The notes beneath the pieces were generated by a model. It saw nothing but the letters and a program-made list of their open reading frames with translations, was not told the origin of the DNA and ran no database searches. Source: an uncultured Eubacteriales bacterium (GTDB taxonomy: Bacteria > Bacillota_I > Bacilli_A > RFN20 > CAG-288). Taken from it: a stretch of DNA of 64,000 bases. The translations under genes and the position numbers were made by a program. Location: assembly GCA_900316035.1 (NCBI GenBank), contig ONBI01000001.1, positions 23,675-87,674 of the forward strand, read 5' to 3'. Below are positions 25,719 through 36,235 of this stretch, one piece after another (the first letter of the stretch is position 1; each line of letters starts with the position of its first letter).

Positions 25719-27886
25719 TCTTTACGGGGAGCCGTCTTATAGCTCTGATCCTCTTTCTTCTCGATGAAGATGTTACAGCTTAAGGCGTTGATGATACCGA
25801 GATGGATATAGAAAGGCGAATTGCGGAAGAAGCCGGTCTCATTGAAGACTAAGGAAGCATAGTCATCGAAATCGATCATGAAGGACATCTTCGAAGGATT
25901 GAAGACGACATAGATATTGGCTTTCTTCAGATCGTAGGTGATCTTCAGAGCACCGTCGGGAAGATCCTCGAAAGTGACATGGTGGATCAGATCTTCGTAT
26001 TCGTCTCCTGCCAGTTCGATGAACTTCTTCTTGAAGGCGATCGCATCCTGGAAATAATGGAAAAGATCCTGTTTCTTCGCTAAGAGAGAATAATCGAAAC
26101 CGTTGATCTTATCTCCCGCATTATAGGAGTTTCCGATTCCCTGTTTACTCGCGCCGATCTCTTCTCCGGCATGGAAATAAGGAATACCGCAGGACATCAG
26201 GGTAGCGATGATATTGAGCTTGATGATCTTTTCCCTCTCGGCTTCACTATCCTCCGGACAGGCTGCTTTGATCTTATCGTAAAGCGTGTGGTTATCGTGG
26301 CATTCGACATAGTTGATCGATTGCAGTGGAGACTTAAACAGAGGAGCAAAAGAAAGCGGAACCGAAGAACCGAGATAGACGTGCTTAAAGCCGTCCCGAT
26401 AGGCGCTATCGCCTAAAAGATAGCCGGGTACACCTAATTCATTATCGTTGGATTTTCCCTTGACGACATCGCGGAAGCGGTCGTTGAAGAAAGCAGCAAA
26501 AGGCATCTTATCGGCATTGTAATAGCTTGCTTTCTTATCGCCCGGAAGAGCCGTCCATAGATCCCATCCTTCTCCATAATAGAGGAGTTCCGGTTTCTTC
26601 TTGGAGCAGAGCTCATAGCCTTGTTTTACGGTATCGATATCTAAGATTCCCATCAAGTCGAAACGGAAACCATCCGCGCCATAGAAATCCATCAGGTGAA
26701 GAAGGGAATCGAGAATGAGTTTTCTAGCCATGTAGTGGGTGGATTCAAAATCGTTTCCGCAACCGGTGCCGTTGGAGTTAGAGCCATCGGCATTCTTACG
26801 GAAATAATACCCCGGGCAAAGGATATAGAGAGGGTTGAAATAATCCGAGAACATATGGTTATAGACAACATCGAAGGTGACTCTCATCCCATGCTGATGA
26901 AGCTTCGAAACCAAGGTTCTCAGTTCCTTGACACGGGAATAAGCGGAGTTCGGATCTAAGGCATAGCTTCCTTCCGGAGCCATATAGGAAAGAGGATCGT
27001 AGCCCCAGTTATAGGAAGAAGAAGGATTGTCTTCGTCGATCGTCTGGAAATCGAGAACCGGCTGAAGCTGGATATGGGTTACTCCTAAAGAAGAAAGATA
27101 GTCAAGTCCTACCGGCATTCCTTCTTTCGACTTCAGTCCTTCCTCCGAAAGTGCCGCATACGTCCCTTTATTCTTCAGCGAGGTAAGCGAAGTCATGTCG
27201 CGGACATCGCATTCATAGATAATCGCTTCATCGCGGTGCTTAAAAGGCGGTAAGGCTTCTTCATGGAGCGGAATCGCATGCACTTTCTCGGGATCGATAA
27301 CAAAGGAGTGACGGGCGTTAGCATCCAAAGAGAACGAGTAAGGATCAAAACAGGTATAACCGAGACCGAAAAGAGTCACGACATAGACGTATCTTGCTTC
27401 ATCGAAGTCACCTTCCAAGGTGATCTCGAAGATGCCATCCGAGAAATCGTGATTCATCACATAGGATTCGAGATTCTCGTTTCCTTTGCGTTTCAGTTTC
27501 AGGGTGACATTGGTCGCAAAAGGAGCAAAGACGCGGAAAGTCGTCTTCTCTTTGGTGTAGATAGCCCCCAGTTCACCATCGTAACGATACTGCTTTTCGA
27601 ATTCTTCGCTCTGGCTTAAGAAAGAGATATCGATCGGGATGAAGAAGTTCGATTCGGTCACGATGTGGTAAGAATGGCCGGGGATGAAATGGAAATCCTC
27701 ATAGAAGAAAGTGTAGATGAAAGAGGAGTTCGACTCCGAAACCGAGATAGGTTTCAAAGTCAGAACCGGTTTCTCATCGGCATAGAAACGGAAGACTTTC
27801 AAAGCCGATGGGGAAGCCTGTTTACTGGCGACGACTTCGATCGTCGAGGCGCTTTTGGCGCTGGCAAAAAAAGGAACTTTGATCAT
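25715..27886 (-). CDS. pulA: Type I pullulanase / glycogen debranching enzyme (GH13)
   Basis: 723-aa ORF with YNWGYDP, DVVYNHM, GFRFDLMG, YGEGWD and YVECHDN blocks. Confidence 0.88.
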   Translation of the reverse strand: MIKVPFFASAKSASTIEVVASKQASPSALKVFRFYADEKPVLTLKPISVSESNSSFIYTFFYEDFHFIPGHSYHIVTESNFFIPIDISFLSQSEEFEKQYRYDGELGAIYTKEKTTFRVFAPFATNVTLKLKRKGNENLESYVMNHDFSDGIFEITLEGDFDEARYVYVVTLFGLGYTCFDPYSFSLDANARHSFVIDPEKVHAIPLHEEALPPFKHRDEAIIYECDVRDMTSLTSLKNKGTYAALSEEGLKSKEGMPVGLDYLSSLGVTHIQLQPVLDFQTIDEDNPSSSYNWGYDPLSYMAPEGSYALDPNSAYSRVKELRTLVSKLHQHGMRVTFDVVYNHMFSDYFNPLYILCPGYYFRKNADGSNSNGTGCGNDFESTHYMARKLILDSLLHLMDFYGADGFRFDLMGILDIDTVKQGYELCSKKKPELLYYGEGWDLWTALPGDKKASYYNADKMPFAAFFNDRFRDVVKGKSNDNELGVPGYLLGDSAYRDGFKHVYLGSSVPLSFAPLFKSPLQSINYVECHDNHTLYDKIKAACPEDSEAEREKIIKLNIIATLMSCGIPYFHAGEEIGASKQGIGNSYNAGDKINGFDYSLLAKKQDLFHYFQDAIAFKKKFIELAGDEYEDLIHHVTFEDLPDGALKITYDLKKANIYVVFNPSKMSFMIDFDDYASLVFNETGFFRNSPFYIHLGIINALSCNIFIEKKEDQSYKTAPRKE

Positions 27887-29130
27887 TTTCCGGAATTCTC
27901 CTTTTTCAGGAAGAAGGCCGCTCTTTTATATTGAGCGAAAGTAGCGAAGAATTTCGAAGCGGTGCCGACGGAGAGATTGTGGATCTGACGGACCAGTTCC
28001 GTATAGGGGATGTGGTCTGCGGAAGCCTTGGCAAAACGGGAGACGGCAAAGGAAGGATTCGATAGTTCTTCTTCCGCCTTGAGGAAGTAAGCTTCCTGAA
28101 CGGTGTGGAAAAGAGAACCGGTGTACTGTTTATCGGGGTGAGCGAAGAATTCGGTCAAGTAAGTCAGGACCGGATCCGGGTCTTCGGTGCGGAAAGAAAG
28201 AAGAAGACAGGCATCTTCGGCTCCGACTTTCAAAGAGACATCTTCGAGAAGTGCTCTTCTCGAATGGATTTCATCTAAGAAAGCGGCGTTCTCGTTAAAA
28301 AGGAGCGGTGTCAATAGTTCATAGTCTGCAAATAAAGACTGACCGAAAGCTTCGTAGAGATTCTGTCTTGGAGCTAACTTGATACCATAGGTGAGAAGCG
28401 AAGAGGGTTCTTCGCTCTTTACTTCCTGGTATTCCTTGACGAGGTTCTTATAGTCTTCAAGATAAAGGAGAGGTTTTTCGTCCTCTTTGGAAGAAAGGGA
28501 CGGGAAATCCATCTTCTTCAGCTCTTCGATCATGTGTTCCGGGGTATCGTCTAAAGCTAACGTAATCAAAAGATTCGGACAGATATAGTTTGCATCCTGA
28601 TACTTCTTTAAAGCGGAAGCATGGATTCTTTTTCCTTCTTCGCTATTCGGTTTTACACCATAGCGGATCGGAGAGGCGGTATAAAGACCTTCTAAGACTT
28701 TCTTCTGAGCGATCTCCAAAGAAGAAGGAGTCTTCTTTTCTCTTTCCCAGATGGAAGTGACATCATCTTCTTTATAACAGGCTTTGGCGATTCTCTTCAT
28801 GAGTTTTGCGACGCCTTTATAAAGATCGTTGACCGTATCCAGTTGATAAATCGTATAGGAATAATCAAAAGAAAGAGAAGCAGAGATACCGTCTTTCTTC
28901 AGTTCGTTCTTGAAATCCGGAGAAAGGATTGCTTGGCTGAGATAATAAGCGGTACCGAAAGGAATCTTCGAAGAAGCGATTTCTCTTTCATGCTGTAAAC
29001 CGCCTCGGCAGATGGTGATAGAGGCGCTTTTGAGCTGACTCTTTCGCGGAATCAACAGAAGATGCAGACCGGAATCATAAATCTCTTCAAAATAAGGGCA
29101 ATGAAGATGCCCGATATCGTGTTTGATCAT
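27883..29130 (-). CDS. M16 (pitrilysin)-family protein, probably catalytically inactive
   Basis: 415-aa ORF. The position of the GxAHFLEH zinc motif reads FGTAYYLSQ. Synteny after ftsK is as for ymfF/ymfH in Bacillus. Confidence 0.45.
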   Translation of the reverse strand: MIKHDIGHLHCPYFEEIYDSGLHLLLIPRKSQLKSASITICRGGLQHEREIASSKIPFGTAYYLSQAILSPDFKNELKKDGISASLSFDYSYTIYQLDTVNDLYKGVAKLMKRIAKACYKEDDVTSIWEREKKTPSSLEIAQKKVLEGLYTASPIRYGVKPNSEEGKRIHASALKKYQDANYICPNLLITLALDDTPEHMIEELKKMDFPSLSSKEDEKPLLYLEDYKNLVKEYQEVKSEEPSSLLTYGIKLAPRQNLYEAFGQSLFADYELLTPLLFNENAAFLDEIHSRRALLEDVSLKVGAEDACLLLSFRTEDPDPVLTYLTEFFAHPDKQYTGSLFHTVQEAYFLKAEEELSNPSFAVSRFAKASADHIPYTELVRQIHNLSVGTASKFFATFAQYKRAAFFLKKENSGK

Positions 29131-29131
29131 A

Positions 29132-30253
29132 TCAGCGTGTCTCTCCTTTCCAGAGACGGAAAGAGGCTTCTTCTTTCAAAGAAGCGAAGATCTCCTCAAT
29201 CTTCGAATCCTCGAATTCCTCTTTCTTCAGCAGAGCACCGGCATCGTGAAGATCCAGATCGAAAGCCGTCGAAACCAGGTCTAAGAAGTTCGTCTTATCT
29301 TTGAGAAGCGAGATGAGAAGAAGCGAAGTATCCTTCTTTTCTTCTTTGGCTTTCTCTTCGAAAGAAACATAAGGTTCAAACGGATTGTTCTTACCAAGAT
29401 AAGAGATTTTTCCTTCTTCGCCTTCTAAAAGAAGAAGGAACTGAGAAGCGGAAACAAGCTTCAAAGAAAGATGCAGTTTACTTCCTAAAACACGGCTAAG
29501 AGCAAGGTTTGCTCTTTCAAGGAATTCCTCTTCAAACAGGGAGAAAAGAAGAAGAGAAGAAGTATCCTTGATCGGTTTCATCGAGAAAAGATAGGCCGAC
29601 GTATCGGAATCATAATCGCCATACTTCTCAAACGCTTCCGGCTTTTCGTCACTGATCTTCAAAGGAGACTCATAGAAATCAAGAAGCGGTTTTTCTTTCT
29701 CGGAGGAAGAAAGAAGGAAGATATCACCGCATTTCTTCGAAGCGACAAGAGGAAGAAGCGAAGTCACTTCTTCACTCTTCAGTTCCTTCAGACGCACTTC
29801 GTCTCCTAACGGAGTCTCACCTCTTACTTTGAGAAGCGAAAGCAGGTTCTTCTCGCTGTCTTTCTTTGCAAAGAGAAGCGAAGAAAGAACACGTTCTTTT
29901 GCTACGGCAAAATTTTTCTCGTTCAAAGTAAACGGCGTAACAAAGAAAGAAGAGAAAAGCTCTTCGGCTTCTTTATAAGGATCGGCAAAAAGATAGCTCT
30001 GTCCTTTCACTCTGACCTGTTCGAGTTTCCCTTCGAAAACATACCCCTGAGAACCATAACAGCAGCAGGAGAAAGTCGCTTTTCCGCCGGCTAACGAAAT
30101 GAAGTTCTTCTTTTTCGGAAGCGGAGGAAAATCGTTGAGATATTCGACTAAAACAAGTAAGGCATTGCTATCGACACTGTTAGGAAGAAGAACCCGACGG
30201 ACAAGAGTCCTTGTACCGAAATCTTCTCTCACCAAAGAAAACGAAGTATTCAT
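29132..30253 (-). CDS. Hypothetical protein, possible M16-like partner subunit
   Basis: The ATG at 30253 (MNTSFSL...) has RBS gggagga lying in the ftsK stop region. No HxxEH motif. The call rests on position only. Confidence 0.3.
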   Translation of the reverse strand: MNTSFSLVREDFGTRTLVRRVLLPNSVDSNALLVLVEYLNDFPPLPKKKNFISLAGGKATFSCCCYGSQGYVFEGKLEQVRVKGQSYLFADPYKEAEELFSSFFVTPFTLNEKNFAVAKERVLSSLLFAKKDSEKNLLSLLKVRGETPLGDEVRLKELKSEEVTSLLPLVASKKCGDIFLLSSSEKEKPLLDFYESPLKISDEKPEAFEKYGDYDSDTSAYLFSMKPIKDTSSLLLFSLFEEEFLERANLALSRVLGSKLHLSLKLVSASQFLLLLEGEEGKISYLGKNNPFEPYVSFEEKAKEEKKDTSLLLISLLKDKTNFLDLVSTAFDLDLHDAGALLKKEEFEDSKIEEIFASLKEEASFRLWKGETR

Positions 30254-30260
30254 GATTGTC

Positions 30261-33200
30261 TTATTCCTCCCAAGTAGAGACGACATACTTCCCTTCCGGA
30301 CCGAGATGGATCACCCCATCCTGGACTAACCGGGAGAAGAACTGATCGGCTTTCGCCGAAGAGATCTGGAACGAACGCATCAAAGCCGATTTGGAAGTGA
30401 TGCCGGTTGAAGTGACAAAGTCCTTGATATCGTCGTAAAGATCACCTTCTTCATTCTCTTCCTCATCCTCGCTTGGAGCAGCTGCTTCATCAAGATCGAG
30501 GAATTCCTGATTATAGACCGGATCTCCGGCTTTCTCTTTGATGTAGGCGAGGATGTTGTTGATATCTTCGTTCGAGACAAACGGAGACTGAGCACGGATC
30601 AAAGACTTCTTACCGGGGCACTTGAAGAGAAGGTCTCCTCTACCAAGCAAGGTTTCCGCACCGTTCTCATCGAGGATGACACGGGAATCGATCTGCGAAG
30701 AGACGCTCAGACCGATACGGGAAGGGACGTTCGCTTTGATGATCATCGGAACATTGTCCTTGCTCGGACGCTGAGTCGCGATGATGAGGTGGATACCGCA
30801 GGCTCTGGCTTTCTGCGCAAGACGGGTGACATTGCGTTCGACTTCGTTTCCACCGGTCTGCATGAGATCAGCGAATTCATCGATGATGCAGACGATATAA
30901 GGCATCTGCTCCATCTCGTTTTCTCTACCTCTGCGAAGCGCGTTGTAATCTTCGAGGTTAGCGGTCTTATAACGGGAGAGAATCGAGAAACGGCGATCCA
31001 TCTCGGCACAGAGTTTCTTCAGAGCGAGAATGGCGCTTTCCGGTTTCGAGATGACCGGGCAGAAAAGATGAGAGCATTCCTGATAACGGATGAACTCCAC
31101 CTGTTTCGGGTCGATCAGCATCAGCTTCAGCTGCGATGGATAATTACGCATGATCAAGGTCATGATCATGGAGTGGATCAAAACGGATTTTCCGGAACCT
31201 GTCGTACCGGCGACAAGAAGATGCGGCATCTTATTGAGCGGGAAGGAGACGATATTGCCGGAGATATCCTTACCGATCGGTAGAAGCAGAGGATCCTTCG
31301 TGTTCTGCTCAATCTGGGAGAAAACATCCTTGAAGGAGACAGCCATCGGAGCTTTGTTTCCGACTTCGATACCGGAAGTCGAACGCCCTTCGACAACGGT
31401 CTCAACACGGACAGACATATCGCCGTTGAGAGCTCTCTGGAATTCACTGGTAAGAGAAGCAATCTTATCGGCTTTCTCACCGTGTTCGGTTTCGATGTTG
31501 AAGCGGGTGACCGAGGCACCGATGGTGAAGGTAGTGGCTTTGGCATGGACATCGAATTCATCGAAGACGCGGTTGATGATGGTCGCTTTTTCCTGAGCGG
31601 ATTCGGTGTTGATTGCCATCTTGGCGGAGTCATCGACTTCGGCAAGCATACTGTCGTTCGGAAGAGGATAGGAATAAGTCCTCGGCGTATCCGAGACAAA
31701 GCGCATGAGAGAAGCAAGCTTTTCATCATGCTCTTTCTTCTTTTCCTGAAGCGCCGCCATCTTGGCTTGCTGTTTCTTAGCAAAGTAATCAGCGGCTTTG
31801 CGGTTTTCGATCTCTTCTTCGCTGAGTTCTTCTTCCTTCGGAGCTTCTGGAGCTGGTGCAGGCGCAACGATCGGAGTAGCAACTTCACTTGGAGCAGGAG
31901 CAGCACTCTGGACAGCGACTTCTTTCGAAGCCTGAGGAGCCATCACCGGATGAGAAGCGGAAGCGACTTGTTCGAGCGGATTAAACGAAGGAGCATTAGC
32001 TGGAGTGACCGAAGGTTCCGGTTGCGGAAGAGGCTGAGAAACAGGGGCAGTAGGTTGTTGAACCGGAGTAGGTGCTACATAAGTCTGAGGTTGTGGCTGT
32101 GGAGCCGGAGCTACATAAGGTTGTGCCTGCGGCTGAGGAATAGGTGTAGTAGCCGTAAAGGCAGAAGTTGTCTGCTGAGGAGTGGGAGAAGTAGAAACAA
32201 AAGCAGGGCCAGTAGGTTGTTGAACCGGGGTAGGAGCTACATAAGGTTGAGGGTTAGGTTGTGGGGCAGGGTTCGCCTGAGGCTGTTGAGAGACAGGTCT
32301 ATTTTCACTGGCTGTGAAAGCTTTCTGTTCCCTCTTCGGAGCAGGAGAAGTCTGGGTAAACGGAGAAGCCTGTACAAAAGGTTCCTCTTCCGGTTCTTCT
32401 TCCTGTGGCTGAGAAGCTTCTTGCTTCAGGATGTCATCACTTAAAGGAGAAGCATTCTCGGAAGCCGGAGTAAAGGAAGAGTTCTCGTCTTTTTCGGAAT
32501 CCGGTTGATAGTAAGAGCCATCCGAAGAGACAAAAGCAGCAGAAGAAGAAGAAGTGGCACTGGTGTTTGCCCAAGAAGAGTTATCAAACGGGGCATGAAG
32601 ACTAGGATTCGGTTCACTTTCTACTGCCATCGGATCCTGGTTGATCTTACGGTCGAGATGAGGATTGGTTCCTTTCTTGTTCGGCTGATAAGGGGATTTA
32701 TAGGCAACTCTTTTTCTTCTTGCTTCCTGAATCATGTTGACCATGGTTCTTATCGGCTTAAAGAGAATCAGAACAAGAGCGATTGCAACAAGCAAGGAGA
32801 AGAAGACGGCATCGCCGACTTCTCCCCAGAGAGAACCGAAGAGAGTGACTAAGAAGATACCAATAAAGCCTCCGCCTAGCCCACCGAGTGCATCGAAGGA
32901 ATCGATGTGGAACGGGTATCTGGCAAACGACTGGAAACGGTCGTTATAGACAACGGCTAAATCCGAAAAAGGAACACCACCTTCTCTCTGGGCAAAAAGA
33001 GAATAGGAACCGAAAGCAAGAAGCGAGAAAGTCAAAAGAATACAACCCGAAAAAAGAAGTCCTTTTCCTTTCAGGGACCAGAGTCTTCTAAAGAAGATGA
33101 GACGGAAGGCAATCACGACGACTAGAGCGAGGATGAAGGGATAGAAAAGACCGAAAAGATAAGCTAAACAATAAGCGAGAAATTCACCGGCGATGGTTTT

Positions 33201-33320
33201 TCCGGTGCCGGCGACAATCACAAAAGCCAGAAGAATGAGACCAAGAGAAATAAGAACAAAATCCCGGTCGGAAATCTTCTTCCGGCTCGATCGGTTATTA
33301 GGCTGTCCGTTGCTTTCCAT
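30261..33320 (-). CDS. ftsK: DNA translocase FtsK/SpoIIIE
   Basis: 1019-aa ORF with N-terminal TM segments and a long P/Q/A-rich linker. Walker A is LLVAGTTGSGKS and Walker B is IVCIIDEFADLM. A C-terminal gamma-like wHTH is present. Confidence 0.92.
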   Translation of the reverse strand: MESNGQPNNRSSRKKISDRDFVLISLGLILLAFVIVAGTGKTIAGEFLAYCLAYLFGLFYPFILALVVVIAFRLIFFRRLWSLKGKGLLFSGCILLTFSLLAFGSYSLFAQREGGVPFSDLAVVYNDRFQSFARYPFHIDSFDALGGLGGGFIGIFLVTLFGSLWGEVGDAVFFSLLVAIALVLILFKPIRTMVNMIQEARRKRVAYKSPYQPNKKGTNPHLDRKINQDPMAVESEPNPSLHAPFDNSSWANTSATSSSSAAFVSSDGSYYQPDSEKDENSSFTPASENASPLSDDILKQEASQPQEEEPEEEPFVQASPFTQTSPAPKREQKAFTASENRPVSQQPQANPAPQPNPQPYVAPTPVQQPTGPAFVSTSPTPQQTTSAFTATTPIPQPQAQPYVAPAPQPQPQTYVAPTPVQQPTAPVSQPLPQPEPSVTPANAPSFNPLEQVASASHPVMAPQASKEVAVQSAAPAPSEVATPIVAPAPAPEAPKEEELSEEEIENRKAADYFAKKQQAKMAALQEKKKEHDEKLASLMRFVSDTPRTYSYPLPNDSMLAEVDDSAKMAINTESAQEKATIINRVFDEFDVHAKATTFTIGASVTRFNIETEHGEKADKIASLTSEFQRALNGDMSVRVETVVEGRSTSGIEVGNKAPMAVSFKDVFSQIEQNTKDPLLLPIGKDISGNIVSFPLNKMPHLLVAGTTGSGKSVLIHSMIMTLIMRNYPSQLKLMLIDPKQVEFIRYQECSHLFCPVISKPESAILALKKLCAEMDRRFSILSRYKTANLEDYNALRRGRENEMEQMPYIVCIIDEFADLMQTGGNEVERNVTRLAQKARACGIHLIIATQRPSKDNVPMIIKANVPSRIGLSVSSQIDSRVILDENGAETLLGRGDLLFKCPGKKSLIRAQSPFVSNEDINNILAYIKEKAGDPVYNQEFLDLDEAAAPSEDEEENEEGDLYDDIKDFVTSTGITSKSALMRSFQISSAKADQFFSRLVQDGVIHLGPEGKYVVSTWEE

Positions 33321-33557
33321 AGTTCCAATTGCGAATTAACCTATAGCACTCCTATAATGTTAGTAGTATAACACAAAGAAAGCCTGTCCTTGACACCGAA
33401 AAAGGAAAGAAAAAAGAATCGGAGAAGGAGCTTTTGGAAGCAAAGAAAAGAAAGAAAATTTCTTTTGCTTCCGACTTTTCTTTTCCTTCTTCGCTTGCTA
33501 TATCGGAAAAAGGGCCTTCTGATAGGAGAAGACCCCTGAAATCAACCGAATCAGAAA

Positions 33558-35066
33558 CTACTTCTGATTGACAGAATCGACAAAGCGGAGAAGACCTTCT
33601 TTCCCCTCTTCGTCCTGCTTATAGACACCGGCGCACTCCAAGACTTTTTCAAAAGTGAGACCGACCGCTTCTTTTAAGAGAGTATCGGCATTTTCTTTCG
33701 CGAATTCCGGATGTCTAGCAAGAATTCCTTTTGCCCAGGTTTCATGTTTTTCCATATCCGGATTTCCAGCAAAAGGTTTCTTATCCAATAGGGCTTCTTT
33801 TACTTCCGCCAATTCTTTCTTCAATCGGCTAGGAAGTATCGCTAGCCCCATCACTTCGATAAGACCGATATTCTCTTTCTTGATGTTCCAGTATTCCTTA
33901 TGCGGATGATAGACACCGAGCGGATATTCTTCGGTCGTGATGTTGTTTCTTAAGGTCAGATCGAAAGCGAAATCCTCCCCGATCTTATGGCAGATCGGAG
34001 AAATCGTATTATGCGGAACCCCATCCGTATAAGCGTAGACAAAGGATTTCTCATCCGTATAATTACGCCAGCAATCCAAAATTTTATCGGCTAAAAGAAG
34101 AAGTCTCTGAGGGTCTTTGGCTTGGATACGGATCACACTCAAAGGCCAATAGAGATAACTGGCTTTAATATCTTCAAAATCTTTGAAGGACAAAGAGCAG
34201 ACTTCTTTTGCCTGGAACATCGGGAAAGCATAGCTTCCGCCCTGATAATGATCATGGGAGAGAATACTTCCTCCGACAATCGGTAGATCGGCATTGGAAC
34301 CGAGAAGATAATGCGGGAACTGAGAAACGAAGGAGAGCAGATGACGGAAACAGCGGTCGTTGATCGCCATCGGCACATGGTTCTTATTCAGAACGATGCA
34401 GTGCTCGTTGAAATAGGAGTAAGGAGAATACTGAAGATAGAAATCATCTCCGTCAAGAGATAGTGGAATCAGACGGATGGTTTCTCTCGCCGGATGGTTG
34501 ACTCTTCCCCTGTAGCCTTCGTTCTCCGCGCAGAGTTGGCACTTCGGATAGGAGGACTGTGGCATATTCTTTGCGGCGGCAATGGCTTTGGGGTCCTTTT
34601 CGGGTTTTGAAAGATTGATGGAGATATCCAAATCTCCATATTTGGTACTGGTCTTCCAACGGAGATCTTTCTTCACACGATAGGAACGGATATAGTCGCT
34701 GTCCTGCGAGAACCGGTAATACCAGTCGGTCGCTTTCTTCGGAGATTCTTTATAAAGAGAACGGAATTGAGCAATCACCGTGGAAGGACGGGGCGTGAAG
34801 CAGTTCATCACTTTCGTATCGAAAAGATCACGGTAGACAACACTGTTTTCTTGGAGGAGATGAGCGGAATAAGCATAGTCGAGAATCTCATTAAGAATGC
34901 TTTCTAAATCGGAAGCATCCACTTTTTCTTTCGGCTCTTCGTAGCTATCGAGATTCAAGGCATCCAAAAGAAGGTTCGTCGAATAAATCTTTTCTTCTTC
35001 ATTTATAAGATGTTTCTCGAGAGAATACTGAACCAGCTTCTTGATACTGAGATTGATATCCGACAT
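33558..35066 (-). CDS. galT: Galactose-1-phosphate uridylyltransferase (family 2)
   Basis: 502-aa ORF of the Gram-positive long GalT type (QYSPYSYFNEHCIVLNKNHVPM). Overlaps the end of galK. Confidence 0.88.
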   Translation of the reverse strand: MSDINLSIKKLVQYSLEKHLINEEEKIYSTNLLLDALNLDSYEEPKEKVDASDLESILNEILDYAYSAHLLQENSVVYRDLFDTKVMNCFTPRPSTVIAQFRSLYKESPKKATDWYYRFSQDSDYIRSYRVKKDLRWKTSTKYGDLDISINLSKPEKDPKAIAAAKNMPQSSYPKCQLCAENEGYRGRVNHPARETIRLIPLSLDGDDFYLQYSPYSYFNEHCIVLNKNHVPMAINDRCFRHLLSFVSQFPHYLLGSNADLPIVGGSILSHDHYQGGSYAFPMFQAKEVCSLSFKDFEDIKASYLYWPLSVIRIQAKDPQRLLLLADKILDCWRNYTDEKSFVYAYTDGVPHNTISPICHKIGEDFAFDLTLRNNITTEEYPLGVYHPHKEYWNIKKENIGLIEVMGLAILPSRLKKELAEVKEALLDKKPFAGNPDMEKHETWAKGILARHPEFAKENADTLLKEAVGLTFEKVLECAGVYKQDEEGKEGLLRFVDSVNQK

Positions 35067-35068
35067 GA

Positions 35069-36235
35069 TCAGAACAGTCTCCTTGCTCCTTCTCCGGCTT
35101 CAAGTTCAACAAAGGAGGCCTTGAGATGCGTCTTCGCGGTATAGATTTCACTGACGTTCTTTTCAAAGGCAGGGATATCTTCGCTCTTGATCAGGGTGAT
35201 GGTGTTTCCTCCCCATCCGCCACCGGTCTCTCGGCTTCCTAAGACACCTTTCTGCGCTAAAGAAGCTTCGACAAGAGTATCGATTTCAAAGCAAGTCGCA
35301 TCGTAATCGTAGCGGAGAGAATCCCCGGAACTGGTAAGAAGATGACCGAACGTGACTAAGTCATCCTGATTGAGAGCTTTGACGGCTAACTGCGTACGGT
35401 TTTCTTCATAGACGACGTGTTTCGCACGGAGCAGACAGGTCTTGTTATGAATTTTTCCTTTGTATTCATCAAACTGCTCCGGGGTAAGTTCGCAGAGATG
35501 TTTGATCGGAAGCACGGTCTGAAGATCTTTCAGAGCTTCTTCGCATTCGGCTCTTCTTTCGTTGTAATGGGAAGAGACTAGGGAATGCGGCTTATTGGAA
35601 TTGGTGACGATGATCTTGGCACCGTTAAGATGAAGAGGAACATAGGTGTACTTTAGAGTAGCGCAATCGAGAAGAATCGCTTTATCTTTCTTTCCCATCG
35701 CGGAAGCAAACTGATCCATGATGCCGCAGTTCATGCCGTTGAACTTGTTCTCGCTCTCCTGTCCGATCAAAGCGACTTCAATCGGGGTAAGACCTAAGGA
35801 GAAAAGATCATTGAGAGCTGTTCCGAAGACGACTTCCAGAGCAGCGGAAGAAGATAATCCGGAACCTGGGATATTGCCGAAGAAAAGGCAATCCAGCCCG
35901 TTAGGAAGAAGGATGTTTTTATTCTTTAAGGCTGCAATCACGCCGAGAAGATAGTTCGTCCAGCCGTTCACGGAACGATGGCTGAAGGTATCAAGATCAT
36001 CTTCTTTGACCCCAAAGGGATAGTTTTCGGAATAGAAACGGAGTTTTCTATCCTTTCTTTTCCGGACGATCAAGGTGATACCGTTAGGAATCGCACAGGG
36101 GAAAACATGTCCGCCATTATAGTCGATATGTTCCCCGATCAGGTTGACTCTGCCCGGGGCAAAATAGCCTCTTAACTCCTCGTTGTCTTCTCCGTAAAGA
36201 GAAAGGAATTTCTGCTTGCCGCTTTCCATGTCCAT
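35069..36235 (-). CDS. galK: Galactokinase
   Basis: GRVNLIGEHIDYNGG and GSGLSSSAA motifs. I prefer the start at 36235 (MDMESGK) because of the upstream gaggag RBS; the ORF is open to 36265. Confidence 0.92.
   Translation of the reverse strand: MDMESGKQKFLSLYGEDNEELRGYFAPGRVNLIGEHIDYNGGHVFPCAIPNGITLIVRKRKDRKLRFYSENYPFGVKEDDLDTFSHRSVNGWTNYLLGVIAALKNKNILLPNGLDCLFFGNIPGSGLSSSAALEVVFGTALNDLFSLGLTPIEVALIGQESENKFNGMNCGIMDQFASAMGKKDKAILLDCATLKYTYVPLHLNGAKIIVTNSNKPHSLVSSHYNERRAECEEALKDLQTVLPIKHLCELTPEQFDEYKGKIHNKTCLLRAKHVVYEENRTQLAVKALNQDDLVTFGHLLTSSGDSLRYDYDATCFEIDTLVEASLAQKGVLGSRETGGGWGGNTITLIKSEDIPAFEKNVSEIYTAKTHLKASFVELEAGEGARRLF

Noticed and set aside
31482-32444. 320-aa plus-strand ORF inside ftsK
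   Set aside because: It is antisense to the repetitive Pro/Gln-rich linker. The R/S/L-rich translation is an artefact of codon repetition.
33421-33480. Hairpin ggaagcaaa...tttgcttcc downstream of galT as a terminator
   Set aside because: On the minus (coding) strand the stem is followed by aaaagc rather than a T-run. The T-rich tract lies on the plus strand, where no gene ends.
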